A stretch of 63,103 bases of DNA, the filler included, from Squatina squatina (taxonomy: Eukaryota), in NCBI GenBank assembly GCA_031763465.1. It is 4 parts of 4 records of this genome, joined end to end, with 100 filler letters (N's around TTAATTAATTAA, not from the genome) between each part and the next. Parts side by side here need not be neighbours in the genome. Positions count along the whole stretch, not along the records: positions 1 to 20,185 come from JARFOE010000192.1; 3 more parts are not named here. One strand, 5' to 3'. Below the pieces are notes generated by a model, which was not told the origin of the DNA, did not search any database, and saw only the letters and a list, made by a program, of their open reading frames with translations. Below are positions 1-12,813 of the stretch, piece after piece; positions within the stretch are counted from its first letter, which is position 1; each line of letters opens with the position of its first letter. Both the position numbers and the translations under genes were made by a program.

Positions 1-3000
1 CCACAAATGTAAATGTAGCGTGCAAATCACTTTCCAGGTGTGCTGATCAAAAACTGCTGAAATATTTAATTTACATACTGAATTTTACAGAAAAAGGTGA
101 ATAGGTAGGAGTAGCTTCAAGGTAGCAATTTGTACAAAGGGTTCAGATAATATCAACTATGAAAGGAAAACTCAAGCAGTTGAACAGTTCTCAGAATTCT
201 AAGTAATTATGCCCAGCTATCAATTTCTTAAATACTGTTCACTTTATTTAATTTTGGGTCTTTTCAGCTGGGTAGCAGATGTCATTACGTCAATCATTGA
301 TATGTTTCAATTGCTAATCATTCAGCATTTTACATGTCACTACTGAAGTTTTATCAATAAATAATCTGGAGCGACTTACTGAGAAATTCTGTCCCAGTAT
401 AAAATATATGGACAATGGACACAGAATTTAAGCAATCAACTGCATATTATTTATATAAATTTGAAGCACTATCAGGATTGTTAACATCTTGTATGAATGT
501 CATTAGCAGAGCACAGCCACAGTTAGAGCACAGCCAGAGTTACATGCCATAAATAAAGATGATCTAAACTGGACAAAACTCATGGAAAGAATTATTTAAA
601 ATATTTAATCTAAAGTGATTCCAGAGTATAATTTCAAGATTTATGTAATCTTGGGATTAAGATAATGGTTAGAACCTATCAAGCTTTCCACTGTAATTTA
701 AGACACAATCTGAATTCCAATTAGATTACACCCTTGTAATCATTTCTACACATCTATTCTTTTCTATTTAATGATATTACAGAAATATCAAACCACAATA
801 TGCCACAGCATTGATCATTCCCATTACAAAATAATTTATCACATTAATTATATACACTGCTAATAATGATTTCCATATATTAATTCTGCTCATCATTGTG
901 AAAACAAGGGAAATTTGCAATGCTCCACTCATCAAATGCGATTTGATTTCAATAAATACTTAATAAACACTGTAAGATATCCACGGTGATACTGAAGTAA
1001 TTTGATTTCAAAATAAACCTCAGGATCTCACAGGAGGAAAAAAATACAACATAGCGTGGTATCAAAATATATTGATAAGCAATGATCCTCATGTGAGTAA
1101 TGTGCTCATTACCTTGTTCTGTGCAAATCTCAATGATTCATTAATCGCCCCACAATTACTCTTATGAAGTGCAAGATCTTTTGGTTTGTTTTCAAGAAAA
1201 CTTATTCATAAGTATCAGTAGTGTATACTTGTTGAATAGAAACAATTAGCTGTGGTGTGAGTAAAGTTAAACTGAAAACATCCAACTCTAATCAGTTTCA
1301 TAAACTCAAACTATTACTGTACTGTCAAACCTAATAGAGGAACTGTCTTAAGAGGTGAAAAGATGAAAAAAAGGACAAAGATACAGACATCAATAAGTTA
1401 AAAACAATCCAATTCCAATTTGTCTCTGTTCTTTGGTATAATGGAAGAGCACACCTTTTTTGCATCTGGTATTAGCTGCTAGACATGGCTATAGAATCTC
1501 CATCAGTTTTCCTGACAAAGCTGTGGCAATTCCAAGCAGTAATTGAAATTCCATTAATCTGATGTACCCAGATTCGATANNNNNNNNNNNNNNNNNNNNN
1601 NNNNNNNNNNNNNNNNNNNNNNNNNNNNNNNNNNNNNNNNNNNNNNNNNNNNNNNNNNNNNNNNNNNNNNNNNNNNNNNNNNNNNNNNNNNNNNNNNNNN
1701 NNNNNNNNNNNNNNNNNNNNNNNNNNNNNNNNNNNNNNNNNNNNNNNNNTTTCTGTAGGGGAGCGTAGGCCTGGGGAATCCATGCATTACCCTTCTTTGC
1801 TGTGATTTAATTGCTGCCAGCAATCAAGAAGAAGCACCACTGAAGTTTGTGTGAATTACATTAGAAGATATAACTGATGTTTCTTTCCTACAGTACCTAA
1901 TAAACCATAAAGAAACCCAAACACATATGGCTTGAGGGAATAACTGGAAAATTAGGTGGTCATTTGGGAATTGAGTGAACTTTTGAACTAGAAAGACTCA
2001 GACAGAGATTGAAGGAGAAAAGCAGACTCAGAAATAAAAAGGACTAAATGGGTGTAAGTTTTTTGACCTTCACAGTACTTCAAAAATTAAATCAGCATTA
2101 TGAAAAATCATCCATTGTACTCAAAGTTTATAATTTACCTAACCATGATATTTTGTCTGAATGCTAACTAATAAAGGGCAAAAGGACAGACATTATAATT
2201 TGATTTGTATAAAGCTCTTCATGTGACCTGAACCTAATTGAGCTATTAATATATGCTTCCAAATACCTGGGGGGCGGGACTAGGTGGTGCCCTTTACAAA
2301 GAGAGTAATTCTAGAATTACAAATGTCATTCACGTCTCGCCCACGGAGAGATGGAAAAGATCACTATGCTTTTAATAGATGCAAGTAGGTGAGTAACTAT
2401 CTTATAAATAAGAGGCAATATTCCTGGGGTATCAGCACTCTGCAAATTTTTACTCATTTCGTATGGTAAAGCAATGGAGCATAGAGTTATGCTTCAAGGT
2501 TTTGATCAAGACAATGCTTAAACGGTTACATCCCAAATGAGAGAAATTACATACTGAGAATCCAGGTGGTGAATAGGGTACAAAATACAAAAAATATCCA
2601 CATTGGGCAATTTTGATTTGGCATTTAAACTGCATGAATTTGAATAGGCTACATGATGTAGAAGTATAGTTTTCTGTGTCTGGGATGAAGGCTGTACACA
2701 GTTGGGAGATGGAAATCCAATAGTAGTGCCACGGACTTGCCTCATAATTGACCCAGGCATGTTTAATCTTACTCACAAATCTAAAGTTGCAGAAATTTGA
2801 TGCTTTAGCTACAGCTATGGGTCTTCAATACAGCACAAATGTAACTATTATTTTCCTTTAGCAAGTATTGATTACAATCATCACTAAATATTATCCAGAT
2901 TCTTAAGGAAGTTTAGAGAAAAGATGCCATTTTCAATTTATTAATAAGCTGACCAGAAGAGAGCCTGATAACAGCAGATAAAATATTATATCGTGCATTT

Positions 3001-5389
3001 AATATTACTCATCAATGAAAATTCATAGCTCTGCTTCTCAAAACAAATATATAAAAGTGCATCACAGTTAAGTTGGTTAGACATGACTAAGGTCAAAGGC
3101 ATTGCAATACTACAGAAAAATTATAATTATGAAATCTGATTGAAAGTATACATTTGAAACCCAATATCTAGTTAACTCTGCTTTGGCTTTAAATGACATT
3201 ACACTAGTTATTAGAAATGTTCGTTAAAATGATTTGTGTAACACTTTTAAAAAGCATGGTTTTAAATTCAATAAATAAAATANNNNNNNNNNNNNNNNNN
3301 NNNNNNNNNNNNNNNNNNNNNNNNNNNNNNNNNNNNNNNNNNNNNNNNNNNNNNNNNNNNNNNNNNNNNNNNNNNNNNNNNNCTGTAAGAATCACTTCTC
3401 TATTAGTGCCAATTAGTGGATGATTTTGGGTAGTATTGTCACTTTCTGCAAAATAATGTCTATGACTTCATTAATAATAACCTTACCCATGCTTCAGTTG
3501 TAGTCACTGCAATGCTTTAACTTGCACGACGTATAACATCCAAACCATTGAGCACTTAGCACAACATAGCCCCTGAGCTAGCAGTAAATCCACACATTTA
3601 ATCCACACATGAAAATAAAATTGGCATTTGAAACTTTTTAAAACAATGGAGTAAAGAACAAAGGATGATGTTAGATCAAGACAAAAATCAAGGTCAACCT
3701 ATAACTTGCATTTAACTTACCTATAAAGTACATTTAGCTGCAGTTAGCCATACAAATTAGAACCAGTCTTTTAAAGATGTTCCACCACATATTCTAGCTC
3801 CACCCATGATTGAACATATTCAGTCTTACCAAATGCAATAACTACAATCCCCGAGTTTCAGCTCTCCCTTCATCAATTTGATTGGCTAGATTACCAAACT
3901 GCTACACTGTCATTACTTTCTTAGCCTATCAAGAGTCATAGATATTAGTTATTGAGGATTGATCCTAGGTTTACAGCTGGTAGGTAACAGACTTGTGCCC
4001 GTAGGTTCACACAAGCTTTTGCTGACCTCAAGCTGCGACCCTCATACCAGTGGCCACAGGCTGCAGGTCATGACCCCTTCAAGTGGTATCTTGGGAGAAA
4101 AGTCAATTCAGCTGCATTAGGATCAATAAAATCTATTGCACGATCTGGATATGAACACCATTTGCCTTTAATTCGAACATAAAACTTAAAAACATAAAAT
4201 GGAGCCAATGTTACCTGCAGCATTATCGTAATTAAAATAAATACTTTCCAGCATTACTGGAATTTACACTAGAAAGCACAACAAAAAACATTATATTTTA
4301 AAAAGGCAATTATTACTACAGAGAGTTACTAAGCAAATAGTGTTCAACAGTGGCAATTGTCACAGTTAAGGATGCTACCAAGGACAGCTTNNNNNNNNNN
4401 NNNNNNNNNNNNNNNNNNNNNNNNNNNNNNNNNNNNNNNNNNNNNNNNNNNNNNNNNNNNNNNNNNNNNNNNNNNNNNNNNNNNNNNNNNGGACAGCTTG
4501 CATTATAGTGTACCTTTAACGAAGGAAATTGTTTCAAGGCATTTAACAAAGGGAAAGTAAAAACTAAAGGCATGTTAATAAGAGTTACCAGGTAAATTTT
4601 TTAAAAATACAATAATTCATCTGATAATACAAGGTATTTCATTAATTTACCTTGTCTATACAACCGTGCAAATTCCAAATCTCTTTAGTCACAGGTCATA
4701 ATTCAGAGGAATCTCTTCCTCTCTATCCCCATATACATTTTCAATATTCAAATGATCGGCATATTTCTGGTTCACATAAAGACTGTGCTATTAGTAAAAG
4801 CAAAAGCAACTGGATACCAGAAATAACTGACTACAATTGATTACAAATGCCATTGATTGATTCCTGCCTCCTCACTTAAATGCCCAAAATTTGCATTGGT
4901 TAAGATTTGACCAGCAGAGGGAGCAATTATCCTCCCTCCCCCTCCCTAACTCAGCAAATTTTGATACTGTTGAGAATCAAAATGAGTTTCACTCATACAA
5001 CAAAACTGCTGTAGATAACTCTGTCCTAACAGGTATTCATTTTGACACTTTTCATTAGATAACGTACTTTAAGTGGCAACTGGTGTTTCAACTGGAGATG
5101 TATAGTACATTTTTCAAATTTGACATTTTGTTAGAAGATATTTATACTCCAGTATATCTGGAAAGCAATAGGATTGGAGGTTTTAGGAGCAAGTACATGT
5201 ACTAATGCTAAAGAACTCCATGAAACAAAATGTTTCCTGCACAGCTGGGGTCAGGGAATATTCTCTGCGAAGGACAGCAGCACAGGACTGAACATTACAG
5301 AGATGGCGATGGATAAATTTCGACAATCAATGCTTTTAGGAGAGCAAGGAATCAGTATTCCTGTACCCTTTTATTGATATTCTTACTAA

Positions 5390-5620
5390 TGTAGGGTGCC
5401 CAAAACTGGAGCAATATTCCAATTGCAGCTTTAATCAATAATTTGTATAGGTGTAGCATGAGCTGTTTGTTTTTTTAATCTAGGCCTCTATTTATAAAGA
5501 TCCTAGAGCCCATATGCTTTTTTAAAGCATTTTATCAACTTGTCCTCCCATTTTTAAAAGATGTATCCAAATGCCTAAGCCTTTTTGTTCTTCTTTCACA
5601 GATGTACCATTTATTTAGTG
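5390..5620 (-). mobile_element. CR1 LINE ORF2 fragment
   Basis: Reverse strand gives a degenerate LYK.LIK.QLEYC..FWAP CR1 C-terminal motif. Confidence 0.55.
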
Positions 5621-6589
5621 TATATTTATGCAGAACTTTTCCTTAGGAGACTAAATGGGTGGCTAGAGTCCGTTACATGGTAGATTTTATCTGATCTGTA
5701 GATGGAGGTCCTAAGTGGCCCGTTTTCATTCCGTGCTATGTGTACAGCATGAATGTACTTCGAAATGCTATATGCAATTTTGCAATTGCACAATTTGGAA
5801 CTGGAAAATAGATTGANNNNNNNNNNNNNNNNNNNNNNNNNNNNNNNNNNNNNNNNNNNNNNNNNNNNNNNNNNNNNNNNNNNNNNNNNNNNNNNNNNNN
5901 NNNNNNNNNNNNNNNNGCAACCCAGCGTGCAAATAAAAATGATTAGTAAGGTTTGTTAGTTTAAACTGATGTACCTCTAAAATGGCATACATTTTTACTG
6001 GTCATTCATTATTTCTGTGAATATTCCTTACAAAAAGGATATGTTTTGAGACTCATGCAACTTTGAAATAGAATGTTACCTATTGCTCTTTACCTCTGAT
6101 GGCCTCTCATCTCCATTGTCTGCCTCAGAGAGCAGAGAGTGCTTTAGGCTGTGGACTTTTCCATCAGCATTCTTTGTATCAGTTTACGATTTATTGGCAG
6201 AATGTCCAGTTCTAGTAAACTAAAATGGTTGCATCATAATTAGAATTGAATGCTGTAAGGCTCATTCATTTTGTGGTTTGAAAATATTTATGAACTTTTG
6301 TCTTATTGATTCTTGCATTAATATTGAGACTCTTGCTCAATTAAAACCTGTTAAATAACTTATTTGCACTTTAAAGCTCTTCTTGTTCTTTTACTCATTT
6401 TGTAAAGGCCGAATTCTTGGCCTGATTTCTCTCACACTTGACTTCATCCACAATAGTCCTATTGAATTTCAGGTTTCTATTTNNNNNNNNNNNNNNNNNN
6501 NNNNNNNNNNNNNNNNNNNNNNNNNNNNNNNNNNNNNNNNNNNNNNNNNNNNNNNNNNNNNNNNNNNNNNNNNNNNNNNNNNTTCATTT

Positions 6590-6990
6590 AGCAAGAGAGG
6601 GATAGCAGAAAGAATAGATCAATACAGAGAAGAAATAAAGAAAAACAGAATGGATAGATATCAAGGAAAACAAAATAAGTACAGTGAGAGAATAGATACA
6701 TATAAAGGGTGATAGTTAGACAAAATAGAGAAATACAGAGAGACAGACAGAGATGCAGATTGATAGATGCAGAGAGAGATTGATAGATACAGAGTGAGTG
6801 GATATAGGCACAGGGAGAGAAAGAATAATTAAATACAGAGAGAGACTAGACAGATACAAAGAGACAATGATACATAACAGATAGCTTCAGTGTAGGATAG
6901 GAGGGGAGAAAGTCAGAGATAGATAATAGATGGATAAAGAGAAAGGGAGGAAATAGGTACAGGTAAAGATAGTTGAAAGAAATACAGAAG
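6590..6990 (+). repeat. Degenerate (AGAT/AG)n low-complexity tract
   Basis: Purine-rich run of gatagatac/gagaga variants. Confidence 0.75.
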
Positions 6991-7149
6991 GCAGCATTTT
7001 CCAAGACTGCAGGAATGGCAAGGCATCACACACAGTGAGTAGCTTACCTGAGTTTGTCTGTACATTGTTTTTCACTTAAATTCCACATTCTAACCAACCT
7101 CTGAATAAAGAAATTTCTTCCTATCTCCAGTTTTGTCTTTTTCGGTGTA

Positions 7150-7600
7150 ATGGGTGTACTGTGACAGATAGAAATGAGACTGAAGATGGAGTAAGGAGGA
7201 GAGGTGCTGGAGGAAAATGAAGTGCCTAATTTTGTCAAGGGCGGCTGAGAGATCAAAGAGGACATGAAAGGACAACAAGTAGCTGTCTCACTCATTGGAG
7301 ATGTCACGAATGACTTTATGAAGGGTGCTGTGGGTGGGTTGGAAACAAGGTTGGAGGGACTAAAATAGAGCCTGTAGGAAGAAGTGGTCACCGAGTTAGC
7401 TAGTGATGACATATTCAAGGATCGTGGAAAGAAAGAGCAGATTGGACACAGGACGAGTAGCTTGAGAGAGTTGAGTGGGTTGAGAGTTTAAGGAGTGGGG
7501 CGATGATGACAACAATTTTGAAAAGGATAGGGATGGTATCAGAGGACAAGGACAGGCTAATATGTGTGATCTGCATAAATGGTGGAGCAATAATGATAGA
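7150..7600 (-). mobile_element. L2-type LINE reverse transcriptase fragment
   Basis: LFDLSAALDKIRHFIFLQHL is a decayed LLDLSAAFDTVDH..LL.RL RT motif. Confidence 0.65.
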
Positions 7601-7754
7601 TGGCTTTAACAGACCTGTTTTTACTGGCACTCAAAAGGTTTGTTCCCATGTTAAAATGTGTTTCTAATCGTTAGCAAAGAAAAAAACATGAAATTGTCCA
7701 TTGGAGACTTTTAAGACTAATGAAAAGAAGCGCAAGCAATTTTGCATAAGGGAG

Positions 7755-8160
7755 AGGTTGGAAAAGGACTGTTTTATTTGGAACAGAGAAGGTTAAGAGG
7801 TGACCTGATAGAGATTTTCAAAATGATGAGAACTTTTGATCGAGAAAAACTATTCCCTCTGGCAAATGGGTCAATAACCAGAGGTCATAGATTTAAAAAC
7901 ATTGGCAATTGCTCCAGGGGGGAGATGAGGAGAATTGTTTTCTTACTCAGAGAGTTGTCGGGATCTGGAAAGTTCTGAAAAGGTGGTGGAAGATGGTTGC
8001 ATAAATAACTTTTAAAGGGTTTTGTACAGGTAATTGAGGATGAGGAACTTACAGGATTATGGACAAAAAGCGAGGGTGTATGATTAAGCACACCGTCTCT
8101 TTCTAAGAGCCAGCACAGGCACGATGAGCCAGATGGCCTTCTGCTGTGCTGTAAGTTTCT
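7755..8160 (+). mobile_element. CR1 LINE 3' end
   Basis: LFYLEQRRLRGDLIEIFKMM...LFPLANGSITRGHRFK followed by the CR1 3'UTR (agccagcacaggcacgatgagccagatggcct). Confidence 0.8.
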
Positions 8161-10293
8161 TTCATTTCCAAGTTTCAACAAAGCAACGACAGAAGTAAAT
8201 AACAGAGTGGTTTTCTTGCTAAAGTATTGATGTAGCAGCTATTGCCAGTTATCTCATAGTCCGGTAGGAGCCAGGGGCAGGGTACCTTAGCAACATAGAG
8301 GGCAAAAGAGGCACACAATAGATGTAACTACCTGGATTGTATGGAGAAACAGTACANNNNNNNNNNNNNNNNNNNNNNNNNNNNNNNNNNNNNNNNNNNN
8401 NNNNNNNNNNNNNNNNNNNNNNNNNNNNNNNNNNNNNNNNNNNNNNNNNNNNNNNNTGATCTACACTAACAGTCATTTGACTCGTTCTTTGCCTCAGGCC
8501 GTAAGCAAGTAAGAAAAAAAAGATTTGTACTTGACAGGGTCTTATTGCTGAGGCTAGAATAGTCTGCAAGGCCATACACAAAGTATTTTTCATGTAATTA
8601 GCTGTAAGGGACTGCTATACTCATTCTGTCATTTTTCAAGTGTGCAATCCATTTAATTGAAATGTGTAAGGTCATATAATAAGGGCCACTTTTCTTCGTG
8701 CTGCTTCATTAATCAGTTCAGTGATCCTTGGCAGGGTTTGACCATTTCAGTCAGCATTTGGTTTCCTGCCTTGGCTGCTGACTGCATGAACCAGTTTGCC
8801 TTTTGGTATAGCTTTCTTGGAATGATACAGCACAACTCTCAAAGATAAAGTAAAGCCCCAAGAATGTAGCAACCAATGGCAAAATGCTGCTACCTGTACA
8901 GATTATTTTCAAAGTGTGTAACTGATCAGCCTTGTGCCTATTTGCAGTTTGAATGCTATCACCGAAAGGTGATCCCATGAGAGATCATTAGAACTGCATC
9001 ACAGGCCTCTTTAATTTGTTCATGTGCATCAGAATTCTGATGAATGCTGTGCACGTAACGGAAATCGTTGCTTGATGTTCCTTACAACAGTCTTTTGTAA
9101 CCATTAGTNNNNNNNNNNNNNNNNNNNNNNNNNNNNNNNNNNNNNNNNNNNNNNNNNNNNNAAGAGTGCTTTTAATCTCCAAAATTGATTTCTAAGAAAT
9201 TGTAAGTGATGCAAAATAAAAAACAGTGAAAATGAATGAATTGTTTAGGAAAGTAGCAACTCTTGATAATTTCAACATCACATTGCTGGCCTGTCAACCA
9301 GGAAACCACACTAAATTGAATCCTAATTTTGCTTGACATTCACACTTGGACTTCCCCTAGGGGGCGAGTTTGCCATTCTTGATCAGATTATCGACGTGAA
9401 GGGGGGGGGGGGCAGGGAAAGTGAACCAGGAAGGGAGACTTCCTGCAGTTCTTTTGTGCTACCTGGTGCACCAGCGAGGGAGCATGCTCTGTGTTTTCCT
9501 ATATATAACTAAGATTAAATTCAACCATAACATATATGTTATATATTATTCATTTTTGATAAATTGTGTTTATCTTCCTTTTCTTTGGTTATTTTTTCCT
9601 TTTAGACCCTGACACCAGGCACCATTCCCTCCCAAACATTTAACAGTAATGCACTGCAATTAAGTCCCCTCGTCTTGAGCATTTCTTTGCTTCCCTGCTT
9701 GCTTTCCAGTCCAAGTGCATCACAGCCCAAGTGCCCGCCTGTTCAGCTTGAGTACCTATCCCAAATGTTTCCTGGCTGGAACACCTGCATTCAGGTAGGT
9801 AGGTGAGCTAGGAACCACTTGCTCTGCCAAGAAAGGGGAGAGTGAGAGAAAGAAGTGAAGGAGCATAACAAAAGAGAGAAGTTAAAGGAGGATAAAAGAG
9901 AACAAGAAGCGAAAAAGGCTGAAAAAGAGTGATTGGATAAGTGTCTAAACCAATTTCCCCACCAATACCATCACCTTTGCCGCAGGTAATCAGGTAGTAG
10001 AATTAAATGTTTTGCATCTGTTGTATCTATATAGTAGCTTGATCTTTATGCATGGGAAGTACATCAAATATCCCTGACATACTTGGGAAGTGTTAAGAAG
10101 GTTGATTGGTTCAAATTAGTGCGAAGCATAGTGATTGGTTCAAATTTCACATTCACTGCATAGCAACAAATTAAAAATAACTTGAATGCTTATNNNNNNN
10201 NNNNNNNNNNNNNNNNNNNNNNNNNNNNNNNNNNNNNNNNNNNNNNNNNNNNNNNNNNNNNNNNNNNNNNNNNNNNNNNNNNNNNNNNNNNNN

Positions 10294-11545
10294 GTGCTTT
10301 GTTCCCTCAAGTCCAAGAGGTACAAATGAAGCATACCTAGCACACAACTGGTTTAACCATCCATCACTAGATTTGGCTGGACCACAACAAGCTGTATTGG
10401 GCCTCACGCTCCTCTGCCACAACTGTCCACTACTCTAGGATCGTCCTGAAGAGCAAAGATAACCCCCAGCTTCATTTCTTCACTACCAAATGACTCCTTA
10501 ATCCTCTTTTTCCTCACGCTCACCTCTAATAACATGTGCAAGGAGCTCATGGACTACTTTGTCACCAACATAAAGACCATTCATTCATCTGCCTGTCCTG
10601 CTTCCCCACTTCTCCTCTGAAGGTACCCAACAAGCCAAACCTGTCCCCAGGCCACCCCATTCTAGCTCTGAAACCTGTCTCTCTCTTTAGCATTTCTCCT
10701 ATCTAACACCCAAGCATTCTCTAAACTAATTTTGTCAGTGCAACCTGCCTCCTGCTCCCTCAACCCCTTACCCATGAAACTGCTGCTCACTTTGGCCCCA
10801 GTGCTAGCAGACATCGTAAATGCTTTTCTGGCCTTAGGAATTGTCCTCCTCCCTTTCACAACTGCTGTCTTCACCCCCTCCTCAAAACCCACCTTCAGTT
10901 CATCTGTCCTTGCAAATTAGCATCTGATGCCCAATCTTCCCTTTCCTCACCAATGTCCGTGAGTATGTTCCACTTCCCAAACCTGAGCCCATCTCTCCTG
11001 CAATTTCCTATTTGAATCTTTCAAATGAGATTTTCATCTTGCCATTCCACTTGCCCATCTCCCCGTCCTCATTGACCTATGTTGTCTTTCATTCTCCAAC
11101 TCTTCAGTTTTAACATTTTTATCCTTGTGCTTAAATCTGTCCATAGAATCTCTCCATCAACTGACCTTTTTCTAACTATGTAAAATCCTCCAACATTACA
11201 ATCTTACCCGCCTCAAACTCTCTGTTCCTCTGACTTTGGCTTCTTGTGCATCACCACCTTCCATCCTCGCCCCTCCACCCACTCTCCCCCCGCTTCCCTT
11301 TGCCCCAGCATTGATGACCTTGCCTTCAACCGTCTAGGCTGCAAGCTGAGAAATTTTCTCCCTAAACCTCTCCATCTCTCCTCCCTCTCCTCTCCTCCTT
11401 TAAGATCCTCCTTTGACCAAATGTTTGGTCACCCAACTTAATATCTCCTTTTTTGGCTCAGTGTCCATTTATTTCTTACGCTGCAAAATGCATTTGAACT
11501 TTTTTCTACGTTAAAGGTGCTGTAAAGTGCAATTTGTTGTTGTTT
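10294..11545 (+). mobile_element. L2-type LINE, internally deleted and decayed
   Basis: PASCSLNPLPMKLL motif, and the tail ctacgttaaaggtgctgtaaagtgcaatttgttgttg shared with the copy ending near 16403. Confidence 0.7.
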
Positions 11546-11587
11546 ATTACCTTTAAAATAGGATGCTAATTGAGCAGAGAAAGACAT

Positions 11588-11745
11588 GGGCCCAGAAATT
11601 TCTTGGAATTCCTCCTGCTCTACTGCCATAAATTCATCAGAGGTGTAGCAGAGTCCCAGTTTATGTGCGGAAACTGGGTTTCCGCCGCACTTCCAGTGAA
11701 ATTGCATCAGCACAGCGGGAAGAGCTCTAAGGAAATTGCAGGCCC
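11588..11745. mobile_element. Fold-back MITE-like element, about 158 bp
   Basis: Ends GGGCCCAGAAATTTC and GAAATTGCAGGCCC. The two halves are imperfect reverse complements around the core CCCAGTTT-atgtgcgg-AAACTGGG. Confidence 0.6.
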
Positions 11746-12664
11746 CGAACCTGCTTGCTTTCTTGTACTTTGAGTCAGAGCTATATTGCTGGTTAAACAG
11801 TATAAATCCCGCACCTGAAGTAAAGNNNNNNNNNNATTTTTGGGACTGCAAGAGTGACGTCACACATGTGACGTAAAAATGACGCCACATGTGTAAATTA
11901 TGTCATGGAATAAGATTGTTTATTCTTCTCATTCTAAATTCCTAGACAAACCCCTCCATTCAAAGGACAACTGGGACCTAGTGAAAGCTGCAAAAAAAAA
12001 GTAGCCATCACTCAGGTTTCATTGGATTCCTATGACAGAACAATCAAACCCTGGAGAACCTGGCATAAGCACATCATTATCAGACCCTGCTCTAGCATTT
12101 CTTAACTGATCAGGAATGCTGAAGTCCTTGGCGACTCTTGTTTTCTGCCACTATTTGTAGTTATTTGACCTTTCCTCAGTGGATAATCCGCAAAAAAACC
12201 TAATTACTCCACCAGCTCTGAGCAGCCCATTGGTGTGTGAATAATCAATTTAGGTATTGCACAATCAGACGCTTATGCTGTTTGAAGAACAATTTTCATT
12301 GACCTGTCACAGCTGTAGGAGAGTAACAAGCCTCAAATCTGCTGCTGTAATCAAAAGTTGACCAGTTGACCTTATTTAATCAAGGTCAAGTAATGAAGCC
12401 TTGATTTAAACAATATAATTGTTATAGGACATAAAAAGAGGAATTGTCAGGTTATTCTACTTTTCTATAAAGTAACTGACTGCCATTACAGTTTCTGTAT
12501 TCTTCTGTTAAACTACCTTATGCTTTAAGTTAGCATAATTAGTGGTGTCAGCTTCAAACAAGGTGTCGCCCTATTGTTTAGCATCAGTGAATGATAGAAA
12601 AATTTGGGATGGTTTAACAAAAGGCACATGCGAAATAATATCCTATCATACAGGTTCCAAAAGT

Positions 12665-12813
12665 GTTCGAGGGGCCGAATGGACTACTCCTGTTCCTACT
12701 TCTTATGGTCTTATGGTCTCTATTCGGTCACCTCTCAGCATTTTTTCCAAGAGAAAAAAGACCCAGCCTGTTCATCCTTTCCTGATATGTATACCCTCGC
12801 ATTTCTGGTATCA
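12665..12813. mobile_element. CR1 3' tail (+) abutting a CR1 ORF2 fragment (-)
   Basis: gggccgaatggactactcctg...cttatggtcttatggtc, then reverse-strand IPEMRGYTYQERMNRLGLFSL. Confidence 0.65.

Noticed and set aside
1472-1823. ORFs spanning N-gaps (here and throughout the track, including the fused 32354-32848 ORF)
   Set aside because: They stay open only because N codons hide stops. The AGPAT4 ORF is two exons plus intron and gap.
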